Shown: positions 11,480 to 22,945 of the stretch, one piece after another | Layout of the letters: the number at the start of each line of letters is the position of its first letter | Numbering within the stretch: the stretch's first letter is position 1 | From: Leucoraja ocellata | Taxonomy: Eukaryota | Assembly (NCBI GenBank): GCA_036785375.1 | Contig: JAWMAR010000010.1 | Span: forward strand, 9,362,001 to 9,426,000 | Reading direction: 5' to 3' | Length of the DNA stretch: 64,000 bases | Notes under the pieces: generated by a model | Told to the model about the DNA's origin: nothing | Seen by the model: the letters and a program-made list of their open reading frames with translations, nothing else | Database searches by the model: none | Made by a program: the position numbers and the translations under genes

Positions 11480-11958
11480 GGAGGCGGCGAGACCAACGTT
11501 TGCAGCGGCCTCTGCAGTCCGTCTGTTTTTTTTTACTTTTGCCCCGTTGAGTGTATAGTTTGTGGTGATATATATATATATTGTTTTTAACTGTGCATAT
11601 GTGCGGGGGGGGGGGGGGGGGGGGCATTTTTAAATCTCTTCCCTGTACGGGGGACGTGACGTCTGTCGAATCACCGTTGTCGTTGGGGTCTAGCACCGTG
11701 GAGCGGCCTCCAACCGGAACGACCTGGGGGCTCCAGCCGAGGAGCCTGCGGACTTACCATCATTGAGCTAGGCCGCTTCGGAGTGTGGAGAGCTGTAGTG
11801 GCGCATGGCTGCGACTCGACTCCAGCCGCAGGCCCGTGGACGGTGACATCGGGAGCTCGCGGGTCCCTGGTGGGAGACTGCTTTTCGGAGCTCCCGCAAC
11901 GGCAACTTCTCCGGCCCGAATTGCGGGGTTGAAAACTACCAGGAGCAGGGCCTTACAT
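11480..11958 (+). mobile_element. GC-rich SINE/LINE-5'UTR-like dispersed repeat
   Basis: Same family motifs as 5788-6170; followed by a cagggcc hAT-like terminus at ~11959. Confidence 0.55.
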
Positions 11959-12218
11959 CCAGGGCCTGTCCTAGGCCGATTGGACCGATTTTTCCAAATT
12001 GGGCCCGCGCCCTATGGGGGCTCCGTGTTAATTTTACGTATTTCATATGGAAATACAAATTCGCTATGTTAAATAAAGATTTAAAAAAAACATTCGCCGT
12101 ACGGATTTTTTTAAAACTAAACTTGGTTACATGGTGTTAACTTCTGTAGCACTTGTGTAACAGACAGTAGTGTTAACAGCCAGATGTGATAACAGCCAGT
12201 AGTTCACAAGTAGTTATC

Positions 12219-12395
12219 CAATGTGTCATCAATGCATCGATCCACATTCCTCAGTAAATGTGTAATTGTGTTTTAGAAGAAGTATTAATGACGATGCGTT
12301 CGTTTGAATACAATTCACGCGGCGTCATTAACACTTCTTCAAAACATAATTACATTTTACTGAGGAATGTAGATTGATGCATTAATGACACATTG
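12219..12395. repeat. Long imperfect palindrome (~80-bp arms, ~17-nt spacer), MITE-like
   Basis: caatgtgtcatcaatgcatc...gacgatgcgt pairs with acgcggcgtc...gatgcattaatgacacattg. Copy B: 45072-45248. Confidence 0.88.
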
Positions 12396-12499
12396 AGGAT
12401 TTTTTTTAAACTCACCGTCATGAGTGAGAACGTCGTCTTGGTGAGATTCTTGGTCTGCAGCAGGTTAGTAATTCAATTTACCTACCAACCCACGTTGTG

Positions 12500-12610
12500 T
12501 CTCTCTGTCTTTCGTACTCTCCCTCCCTCTCTCTCTCGCGCTCTACCTCTCTCTCCCGTGCGCTCTCTCTCTCTCCCGTTCCCAGCTCCCTCTCTCTCTC
12601 GAGCTCTCTC
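12500..12610 (+). repeat. (CT)n-rich microsatellite
   Basis: Interrupted ctctctct runs. Confidence 0.85.
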
Positions 12611-12639
12611 CGCATTCCCGGAATCATTGACGCTTTGCG

Positions 12640-12733
12640 GTAGACAAAAATGCTGGAGAAACTTAGCGGGTGAGGCAGCACCTATGGAGCGAAGGAAATA
12701 TGCAACGTTTCGGGTCGAAACCCTTCTTCAGAC
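12640..12733 (-). ncRNA. Penelope-type terminal repeat with an intact minimal hammerhead-ribozyme motif
   Basis: Minus strand reads CTGAAGA-A-GGGT-TTCG-ACCC-GAAA-CGTT: CUGANGA core, 4-bp stem II, GAAA, palindromic AACGTT. Copy B: 45481-45574. Confidence 0.6.
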
Positions 12734-13146
12734 GCGGCTATTTCCTTCGCTCCATAGAGCTGCCTCGAGCCCTGTCCCACTGTGCGAGTCCACCCAAGAG
12801 CTTAAAATCTCTGTGTGGCATCTCTGTCCCTATCTTCACACTTTGAAATAAAATACTGTTTTCGATTTTAGTAACATTTCGCAGCACGATCGCGATCAGT
12901 CGATTCCCATGCTTTTTCAATCATCGTTCGATTCAGTGTAATTTTCACACCTGGTTGATATAGTTCTTTTTAAAGATACAGTACATTACAATAAATAGTT
13001 TCAAGCATACCCGGTGTTACAAACGGTTATAAATGAATATAATTTAAAAGTGAAATAGGAGATTTCCGTGGAAAGAATATTTTATATGTATTTGTGATAT
13101 TTTTAATATGCAATGCATTTTTATGTAATGTTGCCCCTTGTCTGGA

Positions 13147-13289
13147 NNNNNNNNNNNNNNNNNNNNNNNNNNNNNNNNNNNNNNNNNNNNNNNNNNNNNN
13201 NNNNNNNNNNNNNNNNNNNNNNNNNNNNNNNNNNNNNNNNNNNNNNNNNNNNNNNNNNNNNNNNNNNNNNNNNNNNNNNNNNNNNNNNN
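13147..13289. other. Assembly gap (N run)
   Basis: 143 N; the paralogous site in B contains (TTA)n. Confidence 1.
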
Positions 13290-13933
13290 GTACGGGATCG
13301 GAACCTCGCTGTGATGATACGGTCATTCACAGGTTTACAAGCTATCATTGTTTTGTCTGCATCTTTGTCTAACATCAGTCCTACTCCTCGTATGTCGGGT
13401 TTTGTTCACGCCCAGAGTACATCAGTTTTTTTCCTTCGCTTGTTCGCTTTCCATTTCATCGGACTTCACTCACCCCGAAGATGCCCAGCTCATACTTCTC
13501 AAACCCTCTCAGCAGCTGGGATAAGTTCCCAGTCTGGTACAAGGTCCTGACACTCCAGGTAGCTATTCGCATAGCAGTTTTGGGAAGAGAAGATGTTACT
13601 CTTTTTCGGGGCACAAGCGTCCCGGAGGCTTTGACCCGAGCCTGTCGTCCTTGCAGTTGGCGATGTCCATCTCTCCTGCCGGTTTCCAGTATAGTTTATG
13701 TTTGCTGTTTCCGTAGCGGGTTAGGGTTTTACAGGGTAGGGGTGGGTGCTCGCTCTACGCCCAACCGTTCCCCTTTGTCCGGGCTTGGGACCGGCACTGG
13801 CTTCGGGTGTCCATAACCAGAAGCGGGACGCTAACCTATCGAGGGTGCAAGACGTCACACATGACCGAACAGAATGGCGAAAGCTTGCTGTCCAATGCAC
13901 AGAATATGTGAAAAACTAAGTCTAAGTCTAAGT
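13290..13933 (-). mobile_element. RTE-clade LINE 5'/endonuclease remnant, with an adjacent (CTAAGT)n-tailed LINE 3' end on +
   Basis: Minus strand ATWSVRTL..GVSEVR..KPVNDRIITARF; ctaagtctaagtctaagt at 13916-13933. Copy B: ~46145-46790. Confidence 0.7.
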
Positions 13934-14087
13934 TCTATTTCTAACAAACGGTTCTGTCCTTGGATCCACAATTGCCAGAGTTAGTCCTTAAGAAATCTGG
14001 AGGTAAAAAACATCATATTCCGCTTGGATAGTTGACATCCCAAGAGCATCCCTACAACCACCCTTCTTCATTCCCGTTCCCCACATC

Positions 14088-15085
14088 CAGGGCCGGATTT
14101 AGATGAAGAGAGGCCCTAAGCGATTTCACTTGTGAGCCGCCCCCCACCCCCACCCCACATCCCCCTCCCAATCCCCCAACCCCACCACTAGAGGACCAGG
14201 ACTGCCCGACAGTGACAGTGTGACATTTTAGATCCTACTCTATGTTGTCATTAAACAGTTCGTTTTAAAATACATATTGGATTCACAGTGGAGCGGGCGA
14301 TGCCTTACCTGGATCGCCGTTTGAAGCTGGAGTGTTGGGCCTGTGGCAGGGATGGGGGTTGGGGCCGGAGGAAGGCGGGTGAGTGGGCTGAGGCCGAGGC
14401 GATGTCTGGTGGAGGGGTGGTGGGTGGTCAGGGGAGAGGGGAAGGGGAAATCCTTTAAAACCGAGATGAGAAGAACTTTTTTCACGCAGAGTGGTGAATC
14501 TCTGGAACTCTCTGCCACAGAGGGTAGTTGAGGCCTGTTCATTGGCTATATTTAAGAGGGAGTTAGATGTGGCCCTTGTGGCTAAGGGGATCAGGGGGTA
14601 TGGAGAGAAGGCAGGTACGGGATACTGAGTTGGATGATCAGCCATGATCATATTGAATGGCGGTGCAGGCTCGAAGGGCCGAATGGCCTACTCTTGCACC
14701 TAATTTCTATGTTTCTATAGGGGGTATGAGGACTGTAGTATGGGTGGGGAAGAGCTGGGGCCACATGGTTTGAGGGGGATGGGGAACACCCACTGAGATT
14801 ACCAGGGTTGGGGGGCTAGCACTAGGACCCAGCGCAGTCAAACTTAGGGGAGTGGGAATCTGCAGCGTGGAAACTTCAGGCCCGGTGCTGAGTCCAGGCT
14901 GCAGGTAAGGCGACGGCTGCGGGCTGTTGGAGGGCGGTGGAGTGGCCAGGGTCAGCGGGCAAAGAGTAGGAGGTCCTGGTGGGTGGATGGCCAGTGATGC
15001 AGCGAGGTATGTAGCCCCCCCCCCCCCCCTAGATCTCGAGGCCCTAAACTTAAGCTTGTCTAGTTTATACATAAATCCGGCCCTG
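14088..15085. mobile_element. Non-autonomous hAT-type DNA transposon (MITE)
   Basis: 14-bp TIRs CAGGGCCGGATTTA/TAAATCCGGCCCTG with a perfect 8-bp TSD CCCACATC (14080-14087, 15086-15093). Copy B: 46943-47653. Confidence 0.92.
14441..14718 (+). mobile_element. Short CR1 3' fragment present only in copy A, nested in the hAT MITE
   Basis: CR1 3'UTR and ttctatgtttctat tail. Copy B has the empty site (gggagagggggtttgagg, ~47290-47305). Confidence 0.9.
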
Positions 15086-15410
15086 CCCACATCCTTCCCT
15101 GTCAAACAATGTCTCATTTTTCCCTTCCCTTCCGCCAATATTCATGCCTCTGGCTCGCAGCTCAATCCTTACATCACAGCATTTGTCTTGTTATCTATAG
15201 CCTTTGTCTAACTATACATTTATCAAGCACCCGTATCCATTTATCAATCGCGAGTCTGTGCCCTGCCCTTCCTCTCTTCCAACTTTCTCTCCCCACTCAG
15301 TCTGAAGAAGGATCGTGACACGAAACACTGCCGATACATTTTCTCCAGAGATGTAACTTTACCTGGTGAGTTACTCATTCACGTTGTGTGTATTTGAGTA
15401 AACAAGCGCA

Positions 15411-16560
15411 CGCAGTAAGTAGTGCCTTTCAACTTCAAGCCACACCCAAGCTACCATTTGCAGTAAGTAGTGCCTTTCAACTTCAAGCCAAAGCTCCCAA
15501 GCCACCATTTGCAGTAATAGTGCCTTTCAACTTCAAGCCTATGCACCCATGCCCCCCATTTGTAGTTAGTGCCTTTCAACTTCAAGCCACACCCAAGACA
15601 TCATTTGCAGGGAGTAGTGCCTTTCAACTTCAAGTCAAAGCTCCCAAGCCACCATTTGCAGTAAGTGGTGCCTTTCAATTTCAAGACACACCCAAACCAA
15701 GCCAACCAGGAGGCGAGGGGAGGAGGGGGGGGGGGGGGGGGGGACTTCAAGCCACACCCAAGCCACACCCTAGCCAATGCACCCACGCCCCCATTTGCAG
15801 TAAGTAATGCATTTTAACTTCAAGCCATTGCACCCAAGCCACCATTTGCAGTAAGTGGTGTCTTTCAACTTCAAGCCACACCCAAGCCATCATTAGCAGT
15901 AAGAGGTGCCTTTCAACTTCAAGTCAAAGCTCCCAAGCCACCATTTGCAGTAAGTAGAGCCTTTCAACTTCATGCCACCATTTGCAGTAAGTAGAGCCTT
16001 TCAACTTCATGCCACCATTTGCAGTGCCTTTCAACTTAATGCCAAAGCACCCAAGCTACAATTTGCAGTAAATAATGCCTTTCAACTTATTGCCAAAGCA
16101 CCCAAGCCACCATTTCAATGCCTTTCAACTTCAAACCACAATTTGCAGTAAGTAGTGCCTTTCAACTTCAAGCCAATGCACCCACGCCCCCATTTGCAGT
16201 AAGTAATGCATTTTAACTTCAAGCCAAAGCAACCAAGTCACCATTTGCAGTAATTAGTGCCTTTCAACTTCAAGCCAAAGCAACCAAGCCACCATTCGCA
16301 GTAATAGTGCCTTTCAACTTCAAACCAAAGCTCCCAAGCCACCATTGGCAGGAAGTAGTGCCTTTCAACTTCATGCCACCATTTGCAGTAAGTAATGCCT
16401 TTCAACTTCAAGCCACACCCAAGCCATCATTTGCAGGAAGTAGTGCCTTTCAACTTCAAGCCACCATTTGCAGTAAGTAGTGCCTTTCAATTTCAAGACA
16501 CACACAAACCAAGCCAACCAGGAGGCGAGGGGAGGGGAGGGGGGAAGGGGGGGGGGGGCT
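15411..16560 (+). repeat. Satellite I, 37-51 bp variant units (gcagtaagtagtgcctttcaacttcaagcc...caagccaccattt)
   Basis: Direct tandem units. The copy B array (~48415-50070) is longer and rearranged. Confidence 0.95.
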
Positions 16561-16579
16561 TTCTGGAGCGCTAGAATGA

Positions 16580-18110
16580 ACCATTTTAGAACCAATATAC
16601 TTTTTTTTGCAAGCTTTAGAACGAATAGAGACAATTCTTGCAAGCTTTAGAACCAATAGACTTTTTTTGCAAGCTTTAGAACCAACGGACATTTTTTTGC
16701 AAGCTTTAGAACCAATGGACATTTTTCTGCAAGTTTTAGAACCAATGGACATTTTTTTGCAAGCTTTAGAACCAATGGAAATGTTTTTGTAAGCTTTAGA
16801 ACCAATGGACATTTTTTTGCAAGCTTTAGAACCAATAGACATTTTTCTGCAAGCTTTAGAACCAATGGACATTTTTGTGCAAGCTTTTGAACCAATGGAA
16901 ATTTTTTGTAAGCTTTAGAACCAATGGACATTTTTTTGCAAGCTTTAGAACCAATAGACGTTTTTTTTGCAAGCTTTAGAACCAATAGACATTTTTTTGC
17001 AAGCTTGAGAACCAATATACATTTTTTGTTGCAAGCTTGAGAACCAATAGAGCCACTTTTTGCAAGCTTTAGAACCAATAGACATTTTTTTTTGCAAGCT
17101 TTAGAACCAATGGACATTTTTCTGCAAGCTTTAGAACCAATGGACATTTTTTTGCAAGCTTTAGAACCAATGGACTTTTTTGCAAGCTTTAGAACCAATG
17201 GACATTTTTTTGCAAGCTTTAGAACCAATGGACATTTGTTTTGCAAGCTTTAGAACCAATAGAGACCCATTTTGCAAGCTTTAGAACCAATAGACATTTT
17301 TTGCAAGCTTTAGAAACAATGAACATTTTTTTTGCAAGCTTTAGAGCCAATGGACATTTTTTGCAAGCTTTAGAACCAATGGACATTTTTTTTTTGCTAG
17401 CTTTAGAACCAATAGAGACACATTTTGTAAGCTTTAGAACCAATCGACATTTTATTGCAAGCTTTAGAACCAATAGACATTTTTTGCAAGCTTTAGAACC
17501 AATAGACATTTTTTGCAAGGTTTATAACCAAGACATTTTTTTTGCATGCTTTAGAACCAATAGACATTTTTTTGCAAGCTTTAGAACCAATATACATTTT
17601 GTTTGCAAGCTTTAGAACCAATAGACATTTTGTTTGCAAGCTTGAGAACCAATATACATTTTTTGTTGCAAGCTTGAGAACCAATAGAGCCACTTTTTGC
17701 AAGCTTTAGAATCAATAGACATTTTTGCAAGCTTTAGAACCAATAGAGACACTCTTTGTAAGCTTTAGAACCAATCGCCACTTTTTTGCAAGCTTTAGAA
17801 CCAATAGACATTTTTGCAAGCTTTAAAACCAATAGACATGTTTTGCAAGCTTTAGAACCAATAGACATTTTTTTTGCAAGCTTTAGAACCAATAAACATT
17901 TTTTTGCAAGCTTTAGAACCAATAGACATTTTGTTTGCAAGCTTTAGAACCAATAGACATTTTTTTTGCAAGCTTTAGAACCAATAGACATTTTGTTTGC
18001 AAGCTTTAGAACCAATTGACATTTTTTTGCAAACTTTAGAATCAATAGACACTTTTTGTAAGCTTTAGAACCAATAGACACTTTTTGCAAGCTTTAGAAC
18101 CAATAGACAC
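16580..18110 (+). repeat. Satellite II, ~30-31 bp units (ttgcaagctttagaaccaat(a/g)gacattttt) with a HindIII site in most units
   Basis: About 50 tandem units. Copy B: ~50085-51710. Confidence 0.97.
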
Positions 18111-18508
18111 AATCTGCACTATTGGTTCTAAAGCATGCAAAAAAAAATTAGAACCACTAAGGGCACTTACATTTGAGTAGACATGTGTTCAGTGTTATTC
18201 ACAGTTCAGAGAAACGTGACCCTCTGCCTTCCTCCAGCTTGCAGACACTGATTGAGGCACACAACTTCCTGGTTTTATAGTCCCTCCCCCCTGCCGCCAG
18301 CGGGGGCAGCAGAGAGAATGGGGAATTTTGTAAAAATGTTAATATCTCTGTCATTGTTAATCGACGGAAAAAATCCTCGGCACACATGCGGCGGAGGCGG
18401 GCTCTGAGCGAAGTGGCCAAAAATGACGGCCGTAGGTGGCGCCGTTCTCTCGGAAATCGCAGCACAGATCGCCAAAACCGGTGAAGAACAGAGTTTTAGT
18501 AATATAGG
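18110..18508 (-). mobile_element. Helitron-like non-autonomous element 5' region, contiguous with both satellites
   Basis: Minus strand begins (c)ctatattactaaaact, resembling the TCTATA..AAAA start of non-autonomous Helitrons. No TIR or TSD seen; 3' CTAG end not located. Confidence 0.4.
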
Positions 18509-19480
18509 TTAATGATTTGGACGAGTGGAATTGAATGCAACATTTCCAAGTTTGCGGATGACACTAAGCTGGGGGGCAGTGTTAGCTGTGATGATGATGC
18601 TAGGAGGCTGCAAGGTGACTTGGATAGGCTGGGTGAGTGGGCAAATGTATGGCAGATGCAGTATAATGTGGATAAATGTGAGGTTATCCACTTTGGTGGC
18701 AAAATCAGGAAAGCAGACTTTTATCTAAATGGTGGCCGATTAGAAAATGGGGAGATGCAACGAGATCTGGGTGTCATGGTACGCCAGTCATTGAAAGTAA
18801 GCATGCAGGTGCAGCAGGCAGTGAAGAAAGCGAATGGTATGTTAGCATTCACAGCAAAAGGATTTGAGTATAGGAGCAGGGAGGTTCTACTGCAGTTGTA
18901 CAGGGTCTTGGTGTGACCACACCTGCAGTATTGCGTACAGTTTTGGTCTCCAAATCTGAGGAAGGACATTATTGCCATAGAGGGAGTGCAGAGAAGGTTC
19001 ACCAGACTGATTCTTGGGATGTCAAGACTTTCAAATGAAGAAAGACTGGATAGACTGGGCTTGTACTCGCTAGAATTTAGGAGATTGAGGGGGGATCTTA
19101 TAGAAGCTTACAAAATTCTTAAGGGGTTGGATAGGCCAGATGCAGGAAGATTGTTTCCGATGTTGGGGAAGTCCAGGACAAGGCATCACAGCTTAAGGAT
19201 AAGGGGGAAATCCTTTAAGACCGAGATGAGAAAAACATTTTTCACACATAGAGTGGTGAATCTCTGGAACTCTCTGCCACAGAGGATAGTTGAGGCCAGT
19301 TCATTGGCTATATTTAAGAGGGAGTTAGATGTGGCCCTTGTGGCTAAAGGGATCAGGGGGTATTGAGAGAAGGCAGGTACGGGATACTGAGTTGGATGAT
19401 CAGCCATGATCATATTGAATTGCGGTGCAGGCTCGAAGGGCCGAATGGCCTACTCCTGCACCTATTTTCTATGTATCTAT
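18509..19480 (+). mobile_element. CR1 LINE 3' fragment
   Basis: [12 protein letters not shown] through the 3'UTR and ttctatgtatctatg tail. Copy B: 52009-52888. Confidence 0.92.
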
Positions 19481-20745
19481 GTAACACTTACTCCAGTTGA
19501 TGCAGCCCACAAAACCTTCTGGCAATCATGCAGTCTCTGCAGGTCAACAGAGTCAGTGAACATTTGGAGTACATCATGAGCAGAAGCCGAGAGAATCACC
19601 TCCACCCCCGGACCTGGTAGAGCCAGGCTTGTCAACCGCCTCCGAAGAAGCCATGGGACTGGTTCCACACAGACTGAGTACAACTGACCAGACATTGGGC
19701 ACCTCTGGCGTACCCCTCCCCCAAAATAAATAGGAGCCAACAATGCACCGCTAATATTCACGAGACTCTCCGCTGCGGCGTACAAAAGCCGGACCCGGGC
19801 CATAAAATGCGGTCCAAATCTGAATGCTCGCATCTTCCGCAAGAGGTAGTCTTGGTCTACCCTGTCAAAAGCCTTCTCCTGATCAAGGGACAGAAAAGCA
19901 GCTGACTGACCAGTTCCCCGAGATAGATTAATCAGGTCCCTAACCAGGTGGATGTTATCCTGAATGGACCGGCCAGGGACTGTATAGGACTGGTCAGTGT
20001 GGATCAGTTGGGACAGCACAGTGCCCAGACTATTTGCCATTCCCCGTGCAAAAACGTTACACAAAGTACAGAGGGGAGAGACCAGGTGCCAGTTGTTCAA
20101 CAGGTGGAGATTGCCCTCTTGGGCAGCAGGACGATGACTCCCCGGTCGCCAGGCTCTTCCCCAGGACCTTCATGTAATCATCCCCCAGGACGCCCCAGAA
20201 GGCTGTAACAAAACTCTACCGTCAGCCCATTCAGCCCTGGGAACTTGCCCCTCCTGAGCTGGTACAGGGCACGAGTCAACTTCTACAATTATAAGGGATC
20301 ATCAAGGAGGTCAAACGCATATCTATGTACAGTCGGTAGACCCTCTCACAAGACCCGCTGAGCCTCCCCGCTGAATCCATCGGCGGAGAACAGAGACCCA
20401 CAAAAGGACCGGACTGAAGCACTGATCTTCTATGGATCTGTAACAGAGGAGCCATCATCCACGAGCAGCATGACGAGCTGTTTGCGAGCTCCTCGCACTT
20501 TCTCCAGAGAGAAAAGGAGAGGTGAAGCTCGGTCCAGATCGTGCAGCATCTGGACCCGCGACCTCGTGTAAGCACCTTGGGTCCACTCAAGCGGCAACTC
20601 CCTCAAGCCCCCTTCCTCTCCTGATACTCTCCCCACTCACAAGAATCCTCACCAATCTGCCCCAAGCGACAGTCTGCATCGAGTAACTCCCTCTTGAGTC
20701 GCCCGACCGCCATGTCCCGCCTTCTGGTCGATCCCCAGGTGTATT
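19481..20745 (-). mobile_element. Tx1-clade LINE RT remnant
   Basis: DQSYTVPGRSIQDNIHLVRD, FLSLDQEKAFDRV, GVRQRCPMSGQLY. Copy B: 52888-54150. Confidence 0.88.
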
Positions 20746-20921
20746 CATAGAAACATAGAAACTAGGTGCAGGACGAGGCCATTCGGCCCTTCGAGCCAGC
20801 ACCGCCATTCAACGTGGTCATGGCTGATCGTCCCCTATCAATAACCCATGCCTGCCTTCTCCCCATATCCCTTGACTCCACCAGACCCTAGAGCTCTATC
20901 TAACTCTCCCTTAAATCCATC
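20746..20921 (-). mobile_element. CR1 3' tail fragment
   Basis: atagaaacatagaaactaggtgcagg...; copy B 54153-54330. Confidence 0.85.
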
Positions 20922-20941
20922 CTGACAAAGAGAGACGGATG

Positions 20942-22020
20942 TAAAGAGTTTTGAAAGATTATTACTAATGCATCCACTATTTCTGGAGCTACTTCCTTAA
21001 GTACTCTGGGATGCAGCCTATCTGCCCGTGGGGATTTATCGGCCTTTATTCCATTCAATTTACCCAACACCACTTCATGGCTAACCTGGATTTCACTCAA
21101 TTCCTCCAACTCCTTTGACCCTCGGTCCCCTGCTATTTCCGGCAAATTATTTATGTCTTCCTTAGTGAAGACGGAACCAAAGTAGTTATTCAATTGGTCC
21201 GCCATATCCTTGTTCCCCATGATCAACTCACCTGTTTCTGACTGCAAGGGACCTACATTTGTTTTAACTAATCTCTTTCTTTTCACATATCTATAAAAAA
21301 AATTGCAGTCAGTTTTTATGTTCCCTGCCAGTTTTCTTTCATAATCTATTTTCCCTTTCCTAATTAATCCCTTTGTCCTCCTCGGCTGGTCTTTGAATTT
21401 CTCCCAGTCCTCCGATATGCTGCTTTTTCTGGCTAATTTGTACGCATCATCCTTCGCTTTGATACTATCCCTGATTTCCCTTGTTATCCATGGATGTACT
21501 ACCTTCCCTGATTTATTCTTTTGCCAAACTGGGATGAACAATTTTTGTAGTTCATCCATGCAGTCTTTAAATGTCTTCCATTGCATATCGACCGTCAACC
21601 CTTTTAGAATTAATTGCCAGTCAATCTTGGCCAATTCACGTCTCATACCCTCAAAGTTACCTTTCTTTAAGTTCACAACCATTGTTTCTGAATTAACAAT
21701 GTCACTCTCCATCCCAATGAAGAACTAAACCATATTATGGTCACTCTTGCCCAAGGGGGCACGTACAACAAGACTACTAACTAACCCTTCCTCATTACTC
21801 AATACCCAGTCTAAAATAGCCTGCTCTCTCGTTGGTTCCTCTACGTGTTGATTTAGATAACTATCCCGCATACATTCCAAGCAATCCTCTTCCTCAGCAC
21901 CCCTGCCAATTTGATTCACCCAATCTATATGTAGATTGAAGTCGCCCATTATAACTGTTTTGCCTTTGTCGCACGCATTTCTAATTTCCTGTTTGATACC
22001 ATCTCCAACTTCACTACTAC
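20942..22020 (-). mobile_element. CR1 LINE endonuclease/linker portion (3' part deleted in copy A)
   Basis: VIMGDFN, EPTREQAILDWVL, LGKSDHN, KSPRADRLHPRVLKE. Confidence 0.9.
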
Positions 22021-22115
22021 TGTCTTCTATCTTTATACATTTAACTATTGTCACACCCTCAACCCTCCCCATTTATCTTCTTCCAATCATAACATAAAGC
22101 CCAGATTCCCATGAT

Positions 22116-22176
22116 AGCAGCAGCAGCAGCAGCAGCAGCAGCCGCAGCAGCCGCAGCAGCAGCAGCAGCCGCCAGC
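22116..22176 (+). repeat. (CAG)n trinucleotide repeat with CCG interruptions
   Basis: Direct. A variant is at ~61075-61148 in B. Confidence 0.95.
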
Positions 22177-22199
22177 AACCACCATTGTCTGCAGCCTAG

Positions 22200-22945
22200 T
22201 GGGCCCGTTAAAACCCGCTGAAAGTGTCATTGTTTGTCCTGTGAATAATTATTGAAATCGGGATAAGCGTGTGAGACATTTATCCTACTTCAGAATTCCA
22301 AAAGTGAGGAGAAATGACGGTAGATAGAAGCGAGAGCTGAAGGGACAACAACAGACAGAGTGCTTGACGAACACTTCCCGTTTAATCACTGCATTTCATC
22401 TACTAAGGCATTATTTGAGTTTTTTCTTGATTCCTTTGGCATCTAAAAAGTTTCTGAAGTGATAAATCCATCTGTAATTTTTTTTAATCGCCCATGGTTC
22501 CCAAGTGGGTTTTTACATACAAAATGAAAACGCATCCGAAGAAAAATTTACAGCCAGATTTATCACCTGAGAATTTTTAGATACCAAAGGAATCAAGAAA
22601 AACACAAATAATGCCTTACTTGATGAAATGCAGTGAGCAAACGCGATAATTGTCAATATTTTAAATTCCGATATCTGCACAGCCAAGCACTTTTGTTGTT
22701 GTCCCTTCAGCTCTCGCTTCTCGATGCCTTAATTTTGCTTCACTTTTGGAATTCTAAAGTTGAGTACATGTCTCTCACACTTTTTTCAGCGCAAAAAATC
22801 TACATTATGGCGGTATTTATCAGGTAGGAAAGTACGCGTTTCTAGCATTAATAACATATACCGGAAGTGACGGATGTCTTCCAGATGCATTGATCGGCTA
22901 CGTGCGTCAGGCCCTTTGACCCGGTGACCTTACGTGCAACCCCCC
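22200..22945. mobile_element. One-end-truncated MITE of the same family as 23582-24209, with an internal ~70-bp inverted repeat (~22403-22620)
   Basis: Shares gggcccgttaaaacccgctgaaa and the terminus tgaccttacgtgcaacccccc. Copy B: ~61170-61916. Confidence 0.75.

Larger units (their letters stand above)
13990..15380 (+). mobile_element. Old Penelope (GIY-YIG C-terminus to terminal repeat) remnant interrupted by a hAT MITE
   Basis: aacatcatattccgcttggatagt encodes an IIFRLDS motif resembling the Penelope ORF C-terminus; degenerate ctgaagaagg...cgaaac hammerhead core at ~15300-15326. Confidence 0.55.

Noticed and set aside
15411-16560. CRISPR-like constant repeat with variable inserts
   Set aside because: Vertebrate DNA; the inserts are short reused variants rather than unique spacers, and there are no cas genes.
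15388-17940. Many repetitive ORFs (MSIGSKACKK, LQALEPMDIF, SAFQLQATPK) and their copies at 48415-51728
   Set aside because: Translations of satellite DNA; open in several frames on both strands and broken by homopolymer length changes.
22116-22176. CAG repeat as a polyglutamine or polyalanine exon
   Set aside because: Flanked by TE fragments; no splice sites or sustained ORF.
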